A stretch of 64,000 nucleotides of DNA. Source: Sphingomonas sp. Lineage in GTDB: Bacteria > Pseudomonadota > Alphaproteobacteria > Sphingomonadales > Sphingomonadaceae. Below the pieces are notes generated by a model that saw only the letters and a program-made list of their open reading frames with translations, searched no databases and was not told the DNA's origin. The position numbers were made by a program, and so were the translations under genes. The DNA lies in assembly GCF_050725575.1 (NCBI RefSeq), contig NZ_JBOHHW010000002.1, positions 118,235-182,234 of the forward strand, given 5' to 3'. The first letter of the stretch is position 1. Every line of letters starts with the position of its first letter. Positions 48,225-57,655 of this stretch are shown piece by piece.

Positions 48225-48255
48225 GGCCGATCCTTCCGGGGTCGGCCCTTTTTTT
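48225..48255 (+). terminator. strong intrinsic terminator inside the lysR/cdc48 intergenic region
   Basis: GGCCGATCC-ttccg-GGGGTCGGCC (9 bp including one G-U pair) followed by C and T7. Confidence 0.8.
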
Positions 48256-48403
48256 GTCTTTTCAACAGCTTGGCGGATCACGCCGTGCGAAAAGCCATGC
48301 CGCGCCCCGGCGATCCGGCCTTAACACTCGCCCTTTAACTCTCGCATTGCCGGAACCCGTTCCCTATCTCACACGCTGAACAGCGCGTTTGCGAGGGAAT
48401 CTC

Positions 48404-50698
48404 ATGGCCGACAGCGAATCACCGGTCCACAAATTACAAGTCGCCAATGCCCGGCCCGAAGACAGCGGTCGTGGCCTTGCGCATATTCCCCGTGCCCTGA
48501 TGGCGGCCCTGGGCCTTGCCGAGGGCGATGTGATCGAGATCGTCGGAAAATCCACCACCCCGGCCCGCGCCGTCGCGCCCTATCAGGAAGATGAGGGGCT
48601 CGAAATCATCCGCATCGACGGGTTGCAGCGTGCCAATGCCGGCGCCGGCGCCGGCGATTTCGTCGAAGTGCGCAAGGTCGAATCCAAACCGGCGACCCGC
48701 GTCGTCTTCGCGCCCGCGCAGCAGAATCTTCGCCTCGAAGGGTCATCCAACGCGCTGAAGCGGACCTTTTTCGGCCGCCCGCTCTGCCAGGGCGATGTCG
48801 TGGCGACCGCCGGCCAGCAGCGCGTCGACAACATGCCGCCCGGCGTCCAGCAGTTCCTCCGCGCGCCGGCCTATGCGCTGCAGGAGATTCGCCTCTCGGT
48901 GATCGCGACCAGCCCCAAGGGCGTGGTCCATGTCGACGAGAATACCGAGATCGAACTGCGCCCCGAATATGAGGAGCCGAAGGAAGCGCGCCGCGCCGAC
49001 GTCACTTATGACGATATCGGCGGCATGGGCCCGACGATCGACCAGCTGCGCGAAATGGTCGAGCTGCCGCTGCGCTATCCCGAACTGTTTCAGCGCCTCG
49101 GCGTCGATCCGCCCAAGGGCGTGTTGCTGCACGGGCCGCCCGGCACCGGCAAGACCCGTCTCGCGCGCGCCGTCGCCAATGAAAGTGCGGCCGAATTCTT
49201 CCTGATCAACGGTCCCGAGATCATGGGATCGGCGTATGGCGAATCCGAAAGCAAGCTGCGCCAGGTGTTCGAGGAAGCGGCCAAGGCGTCGCCATCGATC
49301 GTATTCATCGACGAGATCGATTCGATCGCCCCGAAGCGCGGCCAGGTATCGGGCGAGGCGGAGAAGCGCCTTGTCGCACAGCTGCTGACGCTGATGGACG
49401 GGCTGGAGGCACGCGCCAATGTCGTGGTGATCGCCGCAACCAACCGGCCCGAGGCAATCGATGAGGCACTGCGCCGGCCCGGCCGGTTCGATCGTGAGAT
49501 CATTGTCGGCGTGCCGGATGAGCGTGGCCGCCGCGAGATTCTCGGCATCCACACGCGCGGCATGCCGCTCGGCGACAAGGTCGATCTCGGCGAGCTTGCC
49601 CGCACCACCTATGGCTTTGTCGGCGCGGATCTCGCCGCCCTGGCGCGTGAGGCGGCAATCGAGGCGGTGCGCAAGATCATGCCGCGGCTCAATCTCGCCG
49701 AGGGCACGATTCCGCCCGAAGTGCTCGATACGCTGGCGGTGACTCGCGAGGATTTCCTCGATGCGCTGAAGCGCGTCCAGCCAAGCGCGATGCGCGAGGT
49801 GATGGTCGAGGCGCCGCGCGTCCGCTGGGACGATGTCGGCGGGCTCGACAAGGCGCAGATGCGGCTGAAGGAAGGCGTCGAGCTGCCACTCAAGGACCCC
49901 GACGCGTTCCGCCGCCTCGGTATCCGGCCGGCCAAGGGCTTCCTGCTCTATGGCCCGCCCGGCACCGGCAAGACACTTCTCGCCAAGGCCGTCGCGCGCG
50001 AGGCGGAGGCGAATTTCATCGCCACCAAATCGTCCGACCTGCTGAGCAAATGGTATGGCGAGAGCGAGCAGCAGATCGCCAAATTGTTCAGCCGCGCGCG
50101 TCAGGTCGCGCCGTGCGTGATCTTCATCGACGAACTCGATTCGCTGGTCCCCGCACGCGGCGGCGGCCTGGGCGAGCCGCAGGTCACCGAACGGGTGGTC
50201 AACACCATCCTCGCCGAGATGGACGGCCTTGAGGAATTGCAGTCGGTGGTGGTGATCGGGGCGACCAACCGCCCCAATCTGATCGATCCGGCGCTGCTTC
50301 GTCCCGGCCGCTTCGACGAGCTGGTCTATGTCGGCGTGCCCGACAAGGATGGACGCCGCCGTATCCTGGCGATCCAGACCGGCAAGATGCCGCTGGCCGA
50401 CGATGTCGATCTCGATTCGCTCGCCGCGCGGACCGATCGCTTCACCGGCGCCGACCTCGAGGATCTGGTGCGCCGGGCCGGCATGGTCGCGCTGCGCCAG
50501 TCGCTCAGCGTCGCCCAGGTATCGATGGCGCATTTCGAGGAGGCGCTGGAGGATTCGCGCGCTTCGGTCACGCCGGAGATGGAACGCGATTATGAGCAGA
50601 TGGCGTCGCGCCTCAAGCAGGATGCCGCGTCGTTGCAGCCGATCGGCTTCATCTCGCCCGGCCAGTTGCATCCACGCGGGCCGAAGGGAGCGGATTGA
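48404..50698 (+). CDS. Cdc48/p97/VAT-type AAA+ ATPase (N-D1-D2)
   Basis: N-domain [38 protein letters not shown]...[21 protein letters not shown]. Two AAA modules carry GPPGTGKT plus FIDEIDS/FIDELDS. GAGGGA lies 7 nt upstream of the ATG. Confidence 0.9.
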   Translation: MADSESPVHKLQVANARPEDSGRGLAHIPRALMAALGLAEGDVIEIVGKSTTPARAVAPYQEDEGLEIIRIDGLQRANAGAGAGDFVEVRKVESKPATRVVFAPAQQNLRLEGSSNALKRTFFGRPLCQGDVVATAGQQRVDNMPPGVQQFLRAPAYALQEIRLSVIATSPKGVVHVDENTEIELRPEYEEPKEARRADVTYDDIGGMGPTIDQLREMVELPLRYPELFQRLGVDPPKGVLLHGPPGTGKTRLARAVANESAAEFFLINGPEIMGSAYGESESKLRQVFEEAAKASPSIVFIDEIDSIAPKRGQVSGEAEKRLVAQLLTLMDGLEARANVVVIAATNRPEAIDEALRRPGRFDREIIVGVPDERGRREILGIHTRGMPLGDKVDLGELARTTYGFVGADLAALAREAAIEAVRKIMPRLNLAEGTIPPEVLDTLAVTREDFLDALKRVQPSAMREVMVEAPRVRWDDVGGLDKAQMRLKEGVELPLKDPDAFRRLGIRPAKGFLLYGPPGTGKTLLAKAVAREAEANFIATKSSDLLSKWYGESEQQIAKLFSRARQVAPCVIFIDELDSLVPARGGGLGEPQVTERVVNTILAEMDGLEELQSVVVIGATNRPNLIDPALLRPGRFDELVYVGVPDKDGRRRILAIQTGKMPLADDVDLDSLAARTDRFTGADLEDLVRRAGMVALRQSLSVAQVSMAHFEEALEDSRASVTPEMERDYEQMASRLKQDAASLQPIGFISPGQLHPRGPKGAD

Positions 50699-50730
50699 CC
50701 GATCATCCGCTCTCCCCCCGCGCGGGATCG

Positions 50731-51621
50731 ATGGCAGGCAGCAGGAAGATCAACCCCGGAATCGCATTCGGCATTGCCGCCTATGTGATCTGGGGCCTGT
50801 TGCCGAGCTTCATCAAGCTGCTCCATCCGCTGCCCGCGCCGGACATATTGGCGCATCGCATCCTGTGGTCGCTGCTGCTGCTGACGATTCTGGCAGTGGC
50901 CTTGCGCCATGGGCCGGTCCTGATCAGAATCATGCGGACGCCCCGCTTGCTGCTTGCGCTGACGGCATCGGCATCGCTGATCGGCATCAACTGGCTGGTC
51001 TACATCATCGCGGTCAATGGCGGCCATGTCGCCCAGGCCAGCCTGGGCTATTTCATCAACCCGCTGGTCAATGTCGTGCTCGGCGTGGTGATCCTGCGCG
51101 AGCGGCTCGGCCGGATCGAGGCGGTAGCGGTATTGCTTGCCACGGCCGCGGTGACCTTTCTGGCGATCTGGCAGGGCAGCATCCCCTATATCCCGCTGAT
51201 CCTGGCCTTCTCGTTCGCCTTTTACGGCCTGATCCGCAAAATGACGCCGGTCGATGCGCTTGACGGGCTGCTGGTCGAGACATCGATTCTGGCGCCGGCC
51301 GCCTTCGCCTGGCTGATGCTGGCGGGGACCACGCTGGGAGCGGCGGGGCCGGGCTGGCCGTTACTCGCCGCGAGCGGTGTCGTGACCGCGCTCCCCCTGC
51401 TGCTCTTCGCCGCAGCGGCAAAGCGCGTTCGATATTCCGATCTGGGGCTGCTCCAATATCTCGCACCGACGCTGCAGCTGGTGCTCGCGGTGTTCGTCTA
51501 TGGAGAAAAGCTGCATCCCGCCCAGATTGGCGCGTTCGCCCTGATCTGGGTCGCGCTGGCCATCTATGCTGTCGGTGCCTCGATCAGCGCGCGGCGGGCG
51601 GCGATGGTCGTGCCCGATTAG
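50731..51621 (+). CDS. rarD: RarD / EamA-family transporter
   Basis: About 10 TM helices. GIAFGIAAYVIWGLLP...LGYFINPLVNVVLG. A TTG at 50695 that overlaps the cdc48 stop is an alternative start. Confidence 0.85.
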   Translation: MAGSRKINPGIAFGIAAYVIWGLLPSFIKLLHPLPAPDILAHRILWSLLLLTILAVALRHGPVLIRIMRTPRLLLALTASASLIGINWLVYIIAVNGGHVAQASLGYFINPLVNVVLGVVILRERLGRIEAVAVLLATAAVTFLAIWQGSIPYIPLILAFSFAFYGLIRKMTPVDALDGLLVETSILAPAAFAWLMLAGTTLGAAGPGWPLLAASGVVTALPLLLFAAAAKRVRYSDLGLLQYLAPTLQLVLAVFVYGEKLHPAQIGAFALIWVALAIYAVGASISARRAAMVVPD

Positions 51622-51694
51622 GGCGATGGTCCGCATCGATTCAACCGTGCCGATGGCCAGGGCAGGGTGGCAGCGGACGGGGCGCCAGCCGGCA

Positions 51695-51924
51695 TTCTGT
51701 CCCGCTCTTTGACATGACCGGAAAATATCGCGTTCCCGCGCCCGCTGTTTCGACGGGAACAGGGGTCGCTCACCCCTGTTCCAGCGCTGTTCCACCGCTG
51801 TTATCGAAAACCGCGGAAGATGGCTTAAACTCCTGAAAATAAGACATGAATCAGCGTTTTGATTCCAACATAACAGGGGTGGTTTTTTATTGTCGCAAGA
51901 ACAGCGGAAAAGATCGCGCGACTC
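51695..51924 (-). repeat. AT-rich structured non-coding element, copy 2 (candidate ncRNA)
   Basis: The minus strand is collinear with 22417-22675: GAGTCGC, CTGTTATGTTGGA, a GAACAG....CTGTTC hairpin, TCGAAACAGC..GCGC and GTCATGTCAAAGAGCG. A perfect 10-bp hairpin lies at 51757-51781. Confidence 0.6.
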
Positions 51925-51944
51925 GCATCGCAGCGGCCGGCGAA

Positions 51945-53279
51945 CTAAGCCGGATCGTCGTCGGATATCGCCGGGGTCTTGAGGCTGCGCCAGGCATAGA
52001 AGATCAGGATCAGCAGCGCGGCACTGGCCGTCAGATAAGGCAGCGAATGCTGCGCTTCGTAAAGGCCAACCCCGATCGACGGGCCAAGCACGAAAGACGC
52101 CCCGTTGATTGAGGTAACCTTGCCCGCGACCGACCCTTGCGCCTCCGGCCCAACGGCAAGCGATGATCCTGCGGTGAAGCCGGGCCGGATCAGGCCGAAC
52201 CCGGCCGACGCGATCGCATAAGCCAGCGCGATGCCATAGAGCGAGCTGGCAATGCCGGTCAGCGCCGTGCCGAGGGCGGCGACCATCAGCCCGGCGAGCA
52301 CCAGCCGGCGCGGCGTCAGGTTGAGCAAAGGGATCAGCCCCCATTGCACCAGCAGCGACGACCCGGCGCCCATCATCAGTACGATGCCGGTCGGCTGCAG
52401 GGCCTCGACCGGCGCGACCTTCAGCCGGTCGATCACCAGGAAGCCGATCGCCTGGCCAGTCATCGCCTGGGCATGCCCCATCACCAGCCCCGCGATCATC
52501 CAGGCGCGGACACGCGGATCATTATAGCCGACCTGTTCGCTATGGGTATGCGTCGCGGCGGTGACGCTGGCACCGCTCGCCTGTCCACCGATCGACGGAT
52601 AAGCATTTGCCGCACCATGGGTACCGGGCTCCGCAATCAGATCATTGGGCAGCATATGGCGCACGGCCAGGAAGATGCAGGCGCCGAACGCTGCGCCGAA
52701 ATACGCCGGACCGGCCAGCCCGATATCGAGCCCGCCGATATGGCCAAGCGTGAGATAGGGCGCGATCGCCGGCCCGAGGATCGTGCCGAGGCCGAACGCC
52801 GATCCGAGCAGCGTCAAAGCGCGCGTCCGCTCCTCGCGGGTCGTACGCCCCGCGACCAATGCCTGGACCGCGGGTGGGGCGGCCGATCCGAAGCTGCCAT
52901 AGATCAGCCGCCCGACGATGAAGCTGAGAAACGCCGCCGTTCCGCCAATCCAGCCATTGATGCCCGCCGTCAGCACGATCCCGCACAACAACAACGATAT
53001 GGTGAACCCGCCGACACCAAGCAGGATCATGGCACGTCGCCCGTGCCGGTCGGAGCGATTTGCCCAGAACGGCGCGGAAATCACCCAGAGCAGCGCTGAG
53101 ACCGAAAAGGCGGCGGCAACCGCGCTGTCGGGCACCTTCAACGATCGGCCAAGTGCCGGCAGCACCGATTGCAGCGCGGTATTGCCGGCTGCGATGGTCA
53201 GCATGACGAGGAAGAGAAGGATGAAGTCGCGATTGACCGGCGCTGAAGGTTTCGGGGCCGCCTTCACGGTCGCGCCCAC
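51945..53279 (-). CDS. MFS transporter
   Basis: 444 aa with 12 predicted helices and the WANRSDRHGRR loop motif. Confidence 0.88.
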   Translation of the reverse strand: MGATVKAAPKPSAPVNRDFILLFLVMLTIAAGNTALQSVLPALGRSLKVPDSAVAAAFSVSALLWVISAPFWANRSDRHGRRAMILLGVGGFTISLLLCGIVLTAGINGWIGGTAAFLSFIVGRLIYGSFGSAAPPAVQALVAGRTTREERTRALTLLGSAFGLGTILGPAIAPYLTLGHIGGLDIGLAGPAYFGAAFGACIFLAVRHMLPNDLIAEPGTHGAANAYPSIGGQASGASVTAATHTHSEQVGYNDPRVRAWMIAGLVMGHAQAMTGQAIGFLVIDRLKVAPVEALQPTGIVLMMGAGSSLLVQWGLIPLLNLTPRRLVLAGLMVAALGTALTGIASSLYGIALAYAIASAGFGLIRPGFTAGSSLAVGPEAQGSVAGKVTSINGASFVLGPSIGVGLYEAQHSLPYLTASAALLILIFYAWRSLKTPAISDDDPA

Positions 53280-53587
53280 GCATAATTGCGCGCGATACGG
53301 GCGACGATCACTTCATAATTTTCGTACCAGATTTCGCGCCCGGTATTGCGGATCGCACTGTGTTCCGGGTTGGCGCGCCATGCCAGCGCGCTGTCCTCAT
53401 CCACCCAATAGCTGATTGTGATGCCCAGTCCTTCCGGGCCGCGCGTGCTGTCGATGCCACGATAGCCCGGCTGGCGCGACGCCAGCTTTTCCATTGCTTC
53501 CGCCGCTTCGCCATATCCCGCATCGTCCGCATCGGTGCGGTGCGACAGGAAGATGACCGCGATCTGCCCGGTCCGGTCGTCGTGCAT
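53264..53587 (-). CDS. antibiotic biosynthesis monooxygenase (ABM) domain protein
   Basis: 107 aa ferredoxin-like ABM pattern (IAVIF...GYRGIDSTR...ISYWVDEDSALAW). Overlaps the MFS start by 16 nt. Confidence 0.75.
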   Translation of the reverse strand: MHDDRTGQIAVIFLSHRTDADDAGYGEAAEAMEKLASRQPGYRGIDSTRGPEGLGITISYWVDEDSALAWRANPEHSAIRNTGREIWYENYEVIVARIARNYAWARP

Positions 53588-53719
53588 GTGCCTCGCTTAA
53601 GCGAATCGGAGGGTCGTGCAACCCTGGTTGGGCACGACACGCAACCCGATCGCTTGAATGTTCGTTACAAGTTTGCGACGGGTGATCTCAACACGCCGTT
53701 TTTCCTTTACGACAGGACT

Positions 53720-54337
53720 ATGATGCCAGCATCCACCGCCGCCCAACGCCGCCGGCGCCTTCGCGCCGCAGGCGTCCCCTCGCCCATGGGGATGTTCCTG
53801 AAAGGCTTTCTGAAACACCCCGTGATGGTGGGCGCTATCTTCCCGTCCTCGGGCAAGCTGGTGCGCAAGGTCTTGTCCAAGGTCGATTGGCAGAACACGA
53901 AATTATTCGTCGAATATGGCCCGGGCGTCGGCACTTTCTGTCCGTCGGTGCTCGAAAAGCTCGGCCCGGATGCAAAATATATCGCGATCGACACCAATCC
54001 CGATTTCGTCCGCTATCTGCGCCATGAGATCGTCGATCCGCGTTTCTCCGTCGTGAACGGATCGGCCGCCGATGTGCGGCAGATCATCACCGATCATGGT
54101 TTCGACCAGGCCGATTACGTCCTGTCGGGCCTGCCCTTCTCGACCCTGCCGGCCGGTGTCGGCGACGCGATCGGCGCCGCGACTGCCGATGTGCTGCGCC
54201 CCGGCGGCGCCTTCCTGGTCTATCAATATTCGCCCAAATGCTATGATTTCATCGTGCCCTATATCCCGCGGGTCGAACATACGATGGAATGGTGGAACCT
54301 GCCGCCGGCCCAGCTCTATTGGGCGTGGAAAGACTAG
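53720..54337 (+). CDS. class I SAM-dependent methyltransferase (phospholipid N-methyltransferase-like)
   Basis: Start set at MMPASTAAQ. FLKHPVMVGAIFPSSGKL...VEYGPGVGTF (SAM motif I). Confidence 0.7.
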   Translation: MMPASTAAQRRRRLRAAGVPSPMGMFLKGFLKHPVMVGAIFPSSGKLVRKVLSKVDWQNTKLFVEYGPGVGTFCPSVLEKLGPDAKYIAIDTNPDFVRYLRHEIVDPRFSVVNGSAADVRQIITDHGFDQADYVLSGLPFSTLPAGVGDAIGAATADVLRPGGAFLVYQYSPKCYDFIVPYIPRVEHTMEWWNLPPAQLYWAWKD

Positions 54338-54405
54338 CCTGACGCACCCTGCAGCCTGTGGCGGCTTGTGAGCTGCATGATTAACGCGTAATCTCGGGCA
54401 GCTTC

Positions 54406-56550
54406 ATGGCCACCAGATCCAAGTCCAAATTGTCCTCGCCCTGGCGTCGTCGGTCCATCCGTACGCTGCAGGTGTTGGGCGTGCTTGGCTTTCTCGCGCT
54501 GATCGCCCTGGTCATCGCGGTCTATGTCGCACGCTCCCAGCTGCCCAGTTACGAGGAGCTGAAATCGTCACCCAATGGGCAGATGATCCGCGTCCATGCC
54601 GCGGACGGTACGGTCATCGTCTCGCTCGGGCCAAGCTATGGCGAATGGCTGCCCTACGACAAGATTCCGGCGGTGATGCGCGACGCGATGGTCTCGGTCG
54701 AAGATCGCCGGTTCCGGTCGCACCCCGGCGTCGACCCGATCGGCGTGCTGCGTGCGGTCAAGCTCGCCTTCAACAATCGCGGTACCGACAAGAGGCTGCA
54801 GGGCGCATCGACCATCACCCAGCAGGTCGCCCGCACCATCTTCCTGTCGAACAAATATGATTTCGGTCGCAAGGTCCGCGAAGCGATCCTCGCGCTGGCG
54901 ATCGAGCGCAAGTTCAGCAAGGATCAGATCCTCGAGCTCTATCTCAACAAAGTCTATTTCGGCGGCGGCGCTTACGGCATCGATGCCGCGTCGCGTCGAT
55001 TTTTCGGGCATGGCGCCGATACGCTGAACCTCAACGAAGCGGCAGTCATCGCCGGTTTGGTCAAGGCGCCGTCGCGCTATTCCCCGACCGCGGATGCTGA
55101 AGCCGCGATCGGCCGCGCCGGCGTGGTGATCAAGCTGATGCAGGAAACCGGCAAGATCAGTGCCGCCCAGGCGGCCAGTGCCAATCCGTCATCGGTCTCG
55201 CTCGCGCCCGAGCCGAAGCAGAACAGCGTGCGCTATTTCACCGACTGGGCATTGCCGCAGCTCGAAGTGCTGATCGACGAGACGCAGCGCCCGCTTGAGG
55301 TGTGGACGACGCTCGACCTGAACATGCAGCGCGCCGCCGATGCCGCCATCCGCGCCAATGCGCCAAAAAATGCGCAAGGCGCGCTGGTCACGATCGACCG
55401 TGACGGCGCGGTGCGGTCGATGGTCGGCGGCACTGATTATGTCACGTCCAACTATAATCGCGCGACTCAGGCGGTGCGGCAGCCTGGATCGGCGTTCAAG
55501 CTGTTCGTCTATCTCGCCGCGCTCGAAGCGGGTCATAAACCCGAAGATACGCTGGTCGACGAGCCCGTCTCGATCAAGGGCTGGAGCCCGCGCAATTCAT
55601 CCGGCGCCAATCGCGGCGAAATGACGCTGCGCACCGCCTTTGCCTATTCGGTCAACACCATCGCGGCCAAGCTTGGCCTTGAGGTCGGCTTCGGCACGGT
55701 CGCCGATATGGCGCGGCGCTTCGGCATCACGACGCCGGTCGATACCCATCCCGCCATGGTGCTGGGCACGTCCGACGTTCGCCTGATCGACATGACCCGC
55801 GCCTTTGCCAGCGTCGCGAACAAGGGCGTCGCGGTCACTCCGTACGGCATTACCAAGGTGACCGCGCAAGGCGTGACGATCTACGCGCAGGAAGTCGATC
55901 GCAGCCAGGTGCTGGTCGCACCCTATGTCGCGGCGCAGATGACTGACCTGCTGCAGACCGCAGTCAATACCGGTACCGGCAAGGCCGCCCAGATCGGCCG
56001 TCCCGTCGCCGGCAAGACCGGCACGACAACGTCGAACAAGGATGGCTGGTTTGTCGGCTTCTCCAGCGGACTGACCACCGGTGTGTGGATGGGCCGCGAC
56101 GACGCCAAGGTCGTGCCCGGCCTGCAGGGGGGGACGGCGCCGGCGCGCGCCTTTTCCGCCTTCATGAAGGTTGCCGTCGCAAATCGGCCGGTCGAGCAAT
56201 TCGAGACCCAGGTCACGCTACCCGAATGGCAGCTCGAACCCGATGAGGAATCCTATTTCGGCGAAGCTGACAACAGCCTGTTCGTCGATGCGGACGGCAA
56301 TCCGATCGAGCCGGGCGCCACGCCGAATCCGGGCAGTGACTCGCAAGTCGATGCTGATGGCCAGGCTTTACCCCCGGCCCAGGGCTCCGAGGCGAAGCCC
56401 GAACGGCTCGATCAGGACTGGATCGACCGCGTGCTCGACCGCAACCAGCCGCCGCCACGGCCGAACGCCGCTCCGAACCGGGCGCCTTCAGCAGCGCCCC
56501 CGCCGGAGGCGCCGCGCACGCGACCTCAGGAAACCCGCCCGAACCAGTGA
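54406..56550 (+). CDS. class A penicillin-binding protein (PBP1A type)
   Basis: 714 aa. EDRRFRSHPGVD, GASTITQQ, SAFK, SVN and KTGTT motifs, with a Pro-rich C-terminal tail. Confidence 0.92.
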   Translation: MATRSKSKLSSPWRRRSIRTLQVLGVLGFLALIALVIAVYVARSQLPSYEELKSSPNGQMIRVHAADGTVIVSLGPSYGEWLPYDKIPAVMRDAMVSVEDRRFRSHPGVDPIGVLRAVKLAFNNRGTDKRLQGASTITQQVARTIFLSNKYDFGRKVREAILALAIERKFSKDQILELYLNKVYFGGGAYGIDAASRRFFGHGADTLNLNEAAVIAGLVKAPSRYSPTADAEAAIGRAGVVIKLMQETGKISAAQAASANPSSVSLAPEPKQNSVRYFTDWALPQLEVLIDETQRPLEVWTTLDLNMQRAADAAIRANAPKNAQGALVTIDRDGAVRSMVGGTDYVTSNYNRATQAVRQPGSAFKLFVYLAALEAGHKPEDTLVDEPVSIKGWSPRNSSGANRGEMTLRTAFAYSVNTIAAKLGLEVGFGTVADMARRFGITTPVDTHPAMVLGTSDVRLIDMTRAFASVANKGVAVTPYGITKVTAQGVTIYAQEVDRSQVLVAPYVAAQMTDLLQTAVNTGTGKAAQIGRPVAGKTGTTTSNKDGWFVGFSSGLTTGVWMGRDDAKVVPGLQGGTAPARAFSAFMKVAVANRPVEQFETQVTLPEWQLEPDEESYFGEADNSLFVDADGNPIEPGATPNPGSDSQVDADGQALPPAQGSEAKPERLDQDWIDRVLDRNQPPPRPNAAPNRAPSAAPPPEAPRTRPQETRPNQ

Positions 56551-57200
56551 AGCGCGGCGCCGTTGGCGCGGAGCCAGGCGCGCGATGCTGCCGGATCGCC
56601 TTCGGTCAGGGCATCGGCCAACGCATGGAATTCCGGGCCATGGTGCATATGCACCCGGTGCGCAACTTCATGTGCGACGGTCGATCGGCGCACGAACGCA
56701 GGCGCGAGGATCAACCGCCAGCTGTAGCGGATGACCCCGGTCGAAGCGCAACTGCCCCAGCGCGCTCGCGGATCACCGATCGCCACCTTCGTCACCCCGA
56801 CTCCGGCTTGCGCGGCAAATTCGGCGGTTTCGGCACTTAGAATGCGCAGCGCCTCGCGTTTCAGCCAGAGTTCGATCCGCCGCGACAACCCATCGAGCGT
56901 ACCACCGCACCGTAACAGCGGCCCCTCGCGCACCACCCGGCGGGGCGCATCGGCATGCCAGTCGATGATCAGCAGCGTATCGTCGACCGGAATCTCGACA
57001 CCGGGCGCGAAAGGGCGCGCTTGTGGCAGTTTCGCGCGCTGCGCCTCGACCCATCCGCGCTGTTCCTCGGCCCAGCGCAACGCCTCCTTCAGGGGCGCGC
57101 GCGGCGGCAATGTCAGGCGGACGCGCCCGCTTGCCGGATCGACCGACAGCTTGGCGCGGCGCGCGCGGGCGTTGCGGACGACTTCGACCGGGGTCGTCAC
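56526..57200 (-). CDS. YgjP-like (DUF45/M48-related) metallopeptidase
   Basis: HEVAHRVHMHHGPEF zinc motif. Start set at the GTG preceded by GGAGGG. The longer ORF-track start would overlap ycgN. Confidence 0.72.
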   Translation of the reverse strand: MTTPVEVVRNARARRAKLSVDPASGRVRLTLPPRAPLKEALRWAEEQRGWVEAQRAKLPQARPFAPGVEIPVDDTLLIIDWHADAPRRVVREGPLLRCGGTLDGLSRRIELWLKREALRILSAETAEFAAQAGVGVTKVAIGDPRARWGSCASTGVIRYSWRLILAPAFVRRSTVAHEVAHRVHMHHGPEFHALADALTEGDPAASRAWLRANGAALHWFGRVS

Positions 57201-57210
57201 AATCCCTCCA

Positions 57211-57645
57211 TCACAGACGCCGGTCGACGATATGATGTTCCAGTTCGCCGGCATCGACCTCCGAAATGGTCCAGCCGCGGACCGATTCACCTGCGCGGTG
57301 CACGGCATCACGATCGCCGCAGACCAGATAATGCCAGCGTGGCAACGGCTCGCCCGCAGCGCGCAATCGATAGGCGCAGGTTTCCGGCAGCCAGTCGATG
57401 TCATGGACATTATCGCGCGTCAGCCGCACGCATTCGCTGACAAAGGCGTGGCGATGGCGATAGTTGGAGCATTGCCCGCTCGATCGATCGAGCAACCGGC
57501 AAGCGACATTGGTCGGGATCAGTTCGCCGGTTTCCTCATCCTCGAGCTTGTGGATACAGCATTTGCCGCATCCGTCGCACAGCGCTTCCCATTGACCCCG
57601 GTCAAGCTGCTCAAGCGGCCTGTCTTCCCAGAACGCCTCGGTCAT
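57211..57645 (-). CDS. ycgN: YcgN-family cysteine-cluster protein (UPF0260)
   Basis: 144 aa. CDGCGKCCIHKLEDEETGE...VACRLLD...CSNY. Confidence 0.85.
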   Translation of the reverse strand: MTEAFWEDRPLEQLDRGQWEALCDGCGKCCIHKLEDEETGELIPTNVACRLLDRSSGQCSNYRHRHAFVSECVRLTRDNVHDIDWLPETCAYRLRAAGEPLPRWHYLVCGDRDAVHRAGESVRGWTISEVDAGELEHHIVDRRL

Positions 57646-57655
57646 AAGGCCAAGC

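Noticed and set aside
48321-48356. CtrA box (TTAAC...TTAAC) and EcfG-type GGAAC promoter upstream of cdc48
   Set aside because: The TTAA half-sites are 10 nt apart, whereas CtrA needs 7. GGAAC at 48352 is not followed by CGTT at a 16-17 nt spacing.
48122-48379. 85-aa TTG-initiated ORF in the lysR/cdc48 gap
   Set aside because: It reads straight through the strong intrinsic terminator (48225-48255). It has no RBS and an implausible composition. The 29-codon ORF in another frame is the only coding candidate, and it is itself uncertain.
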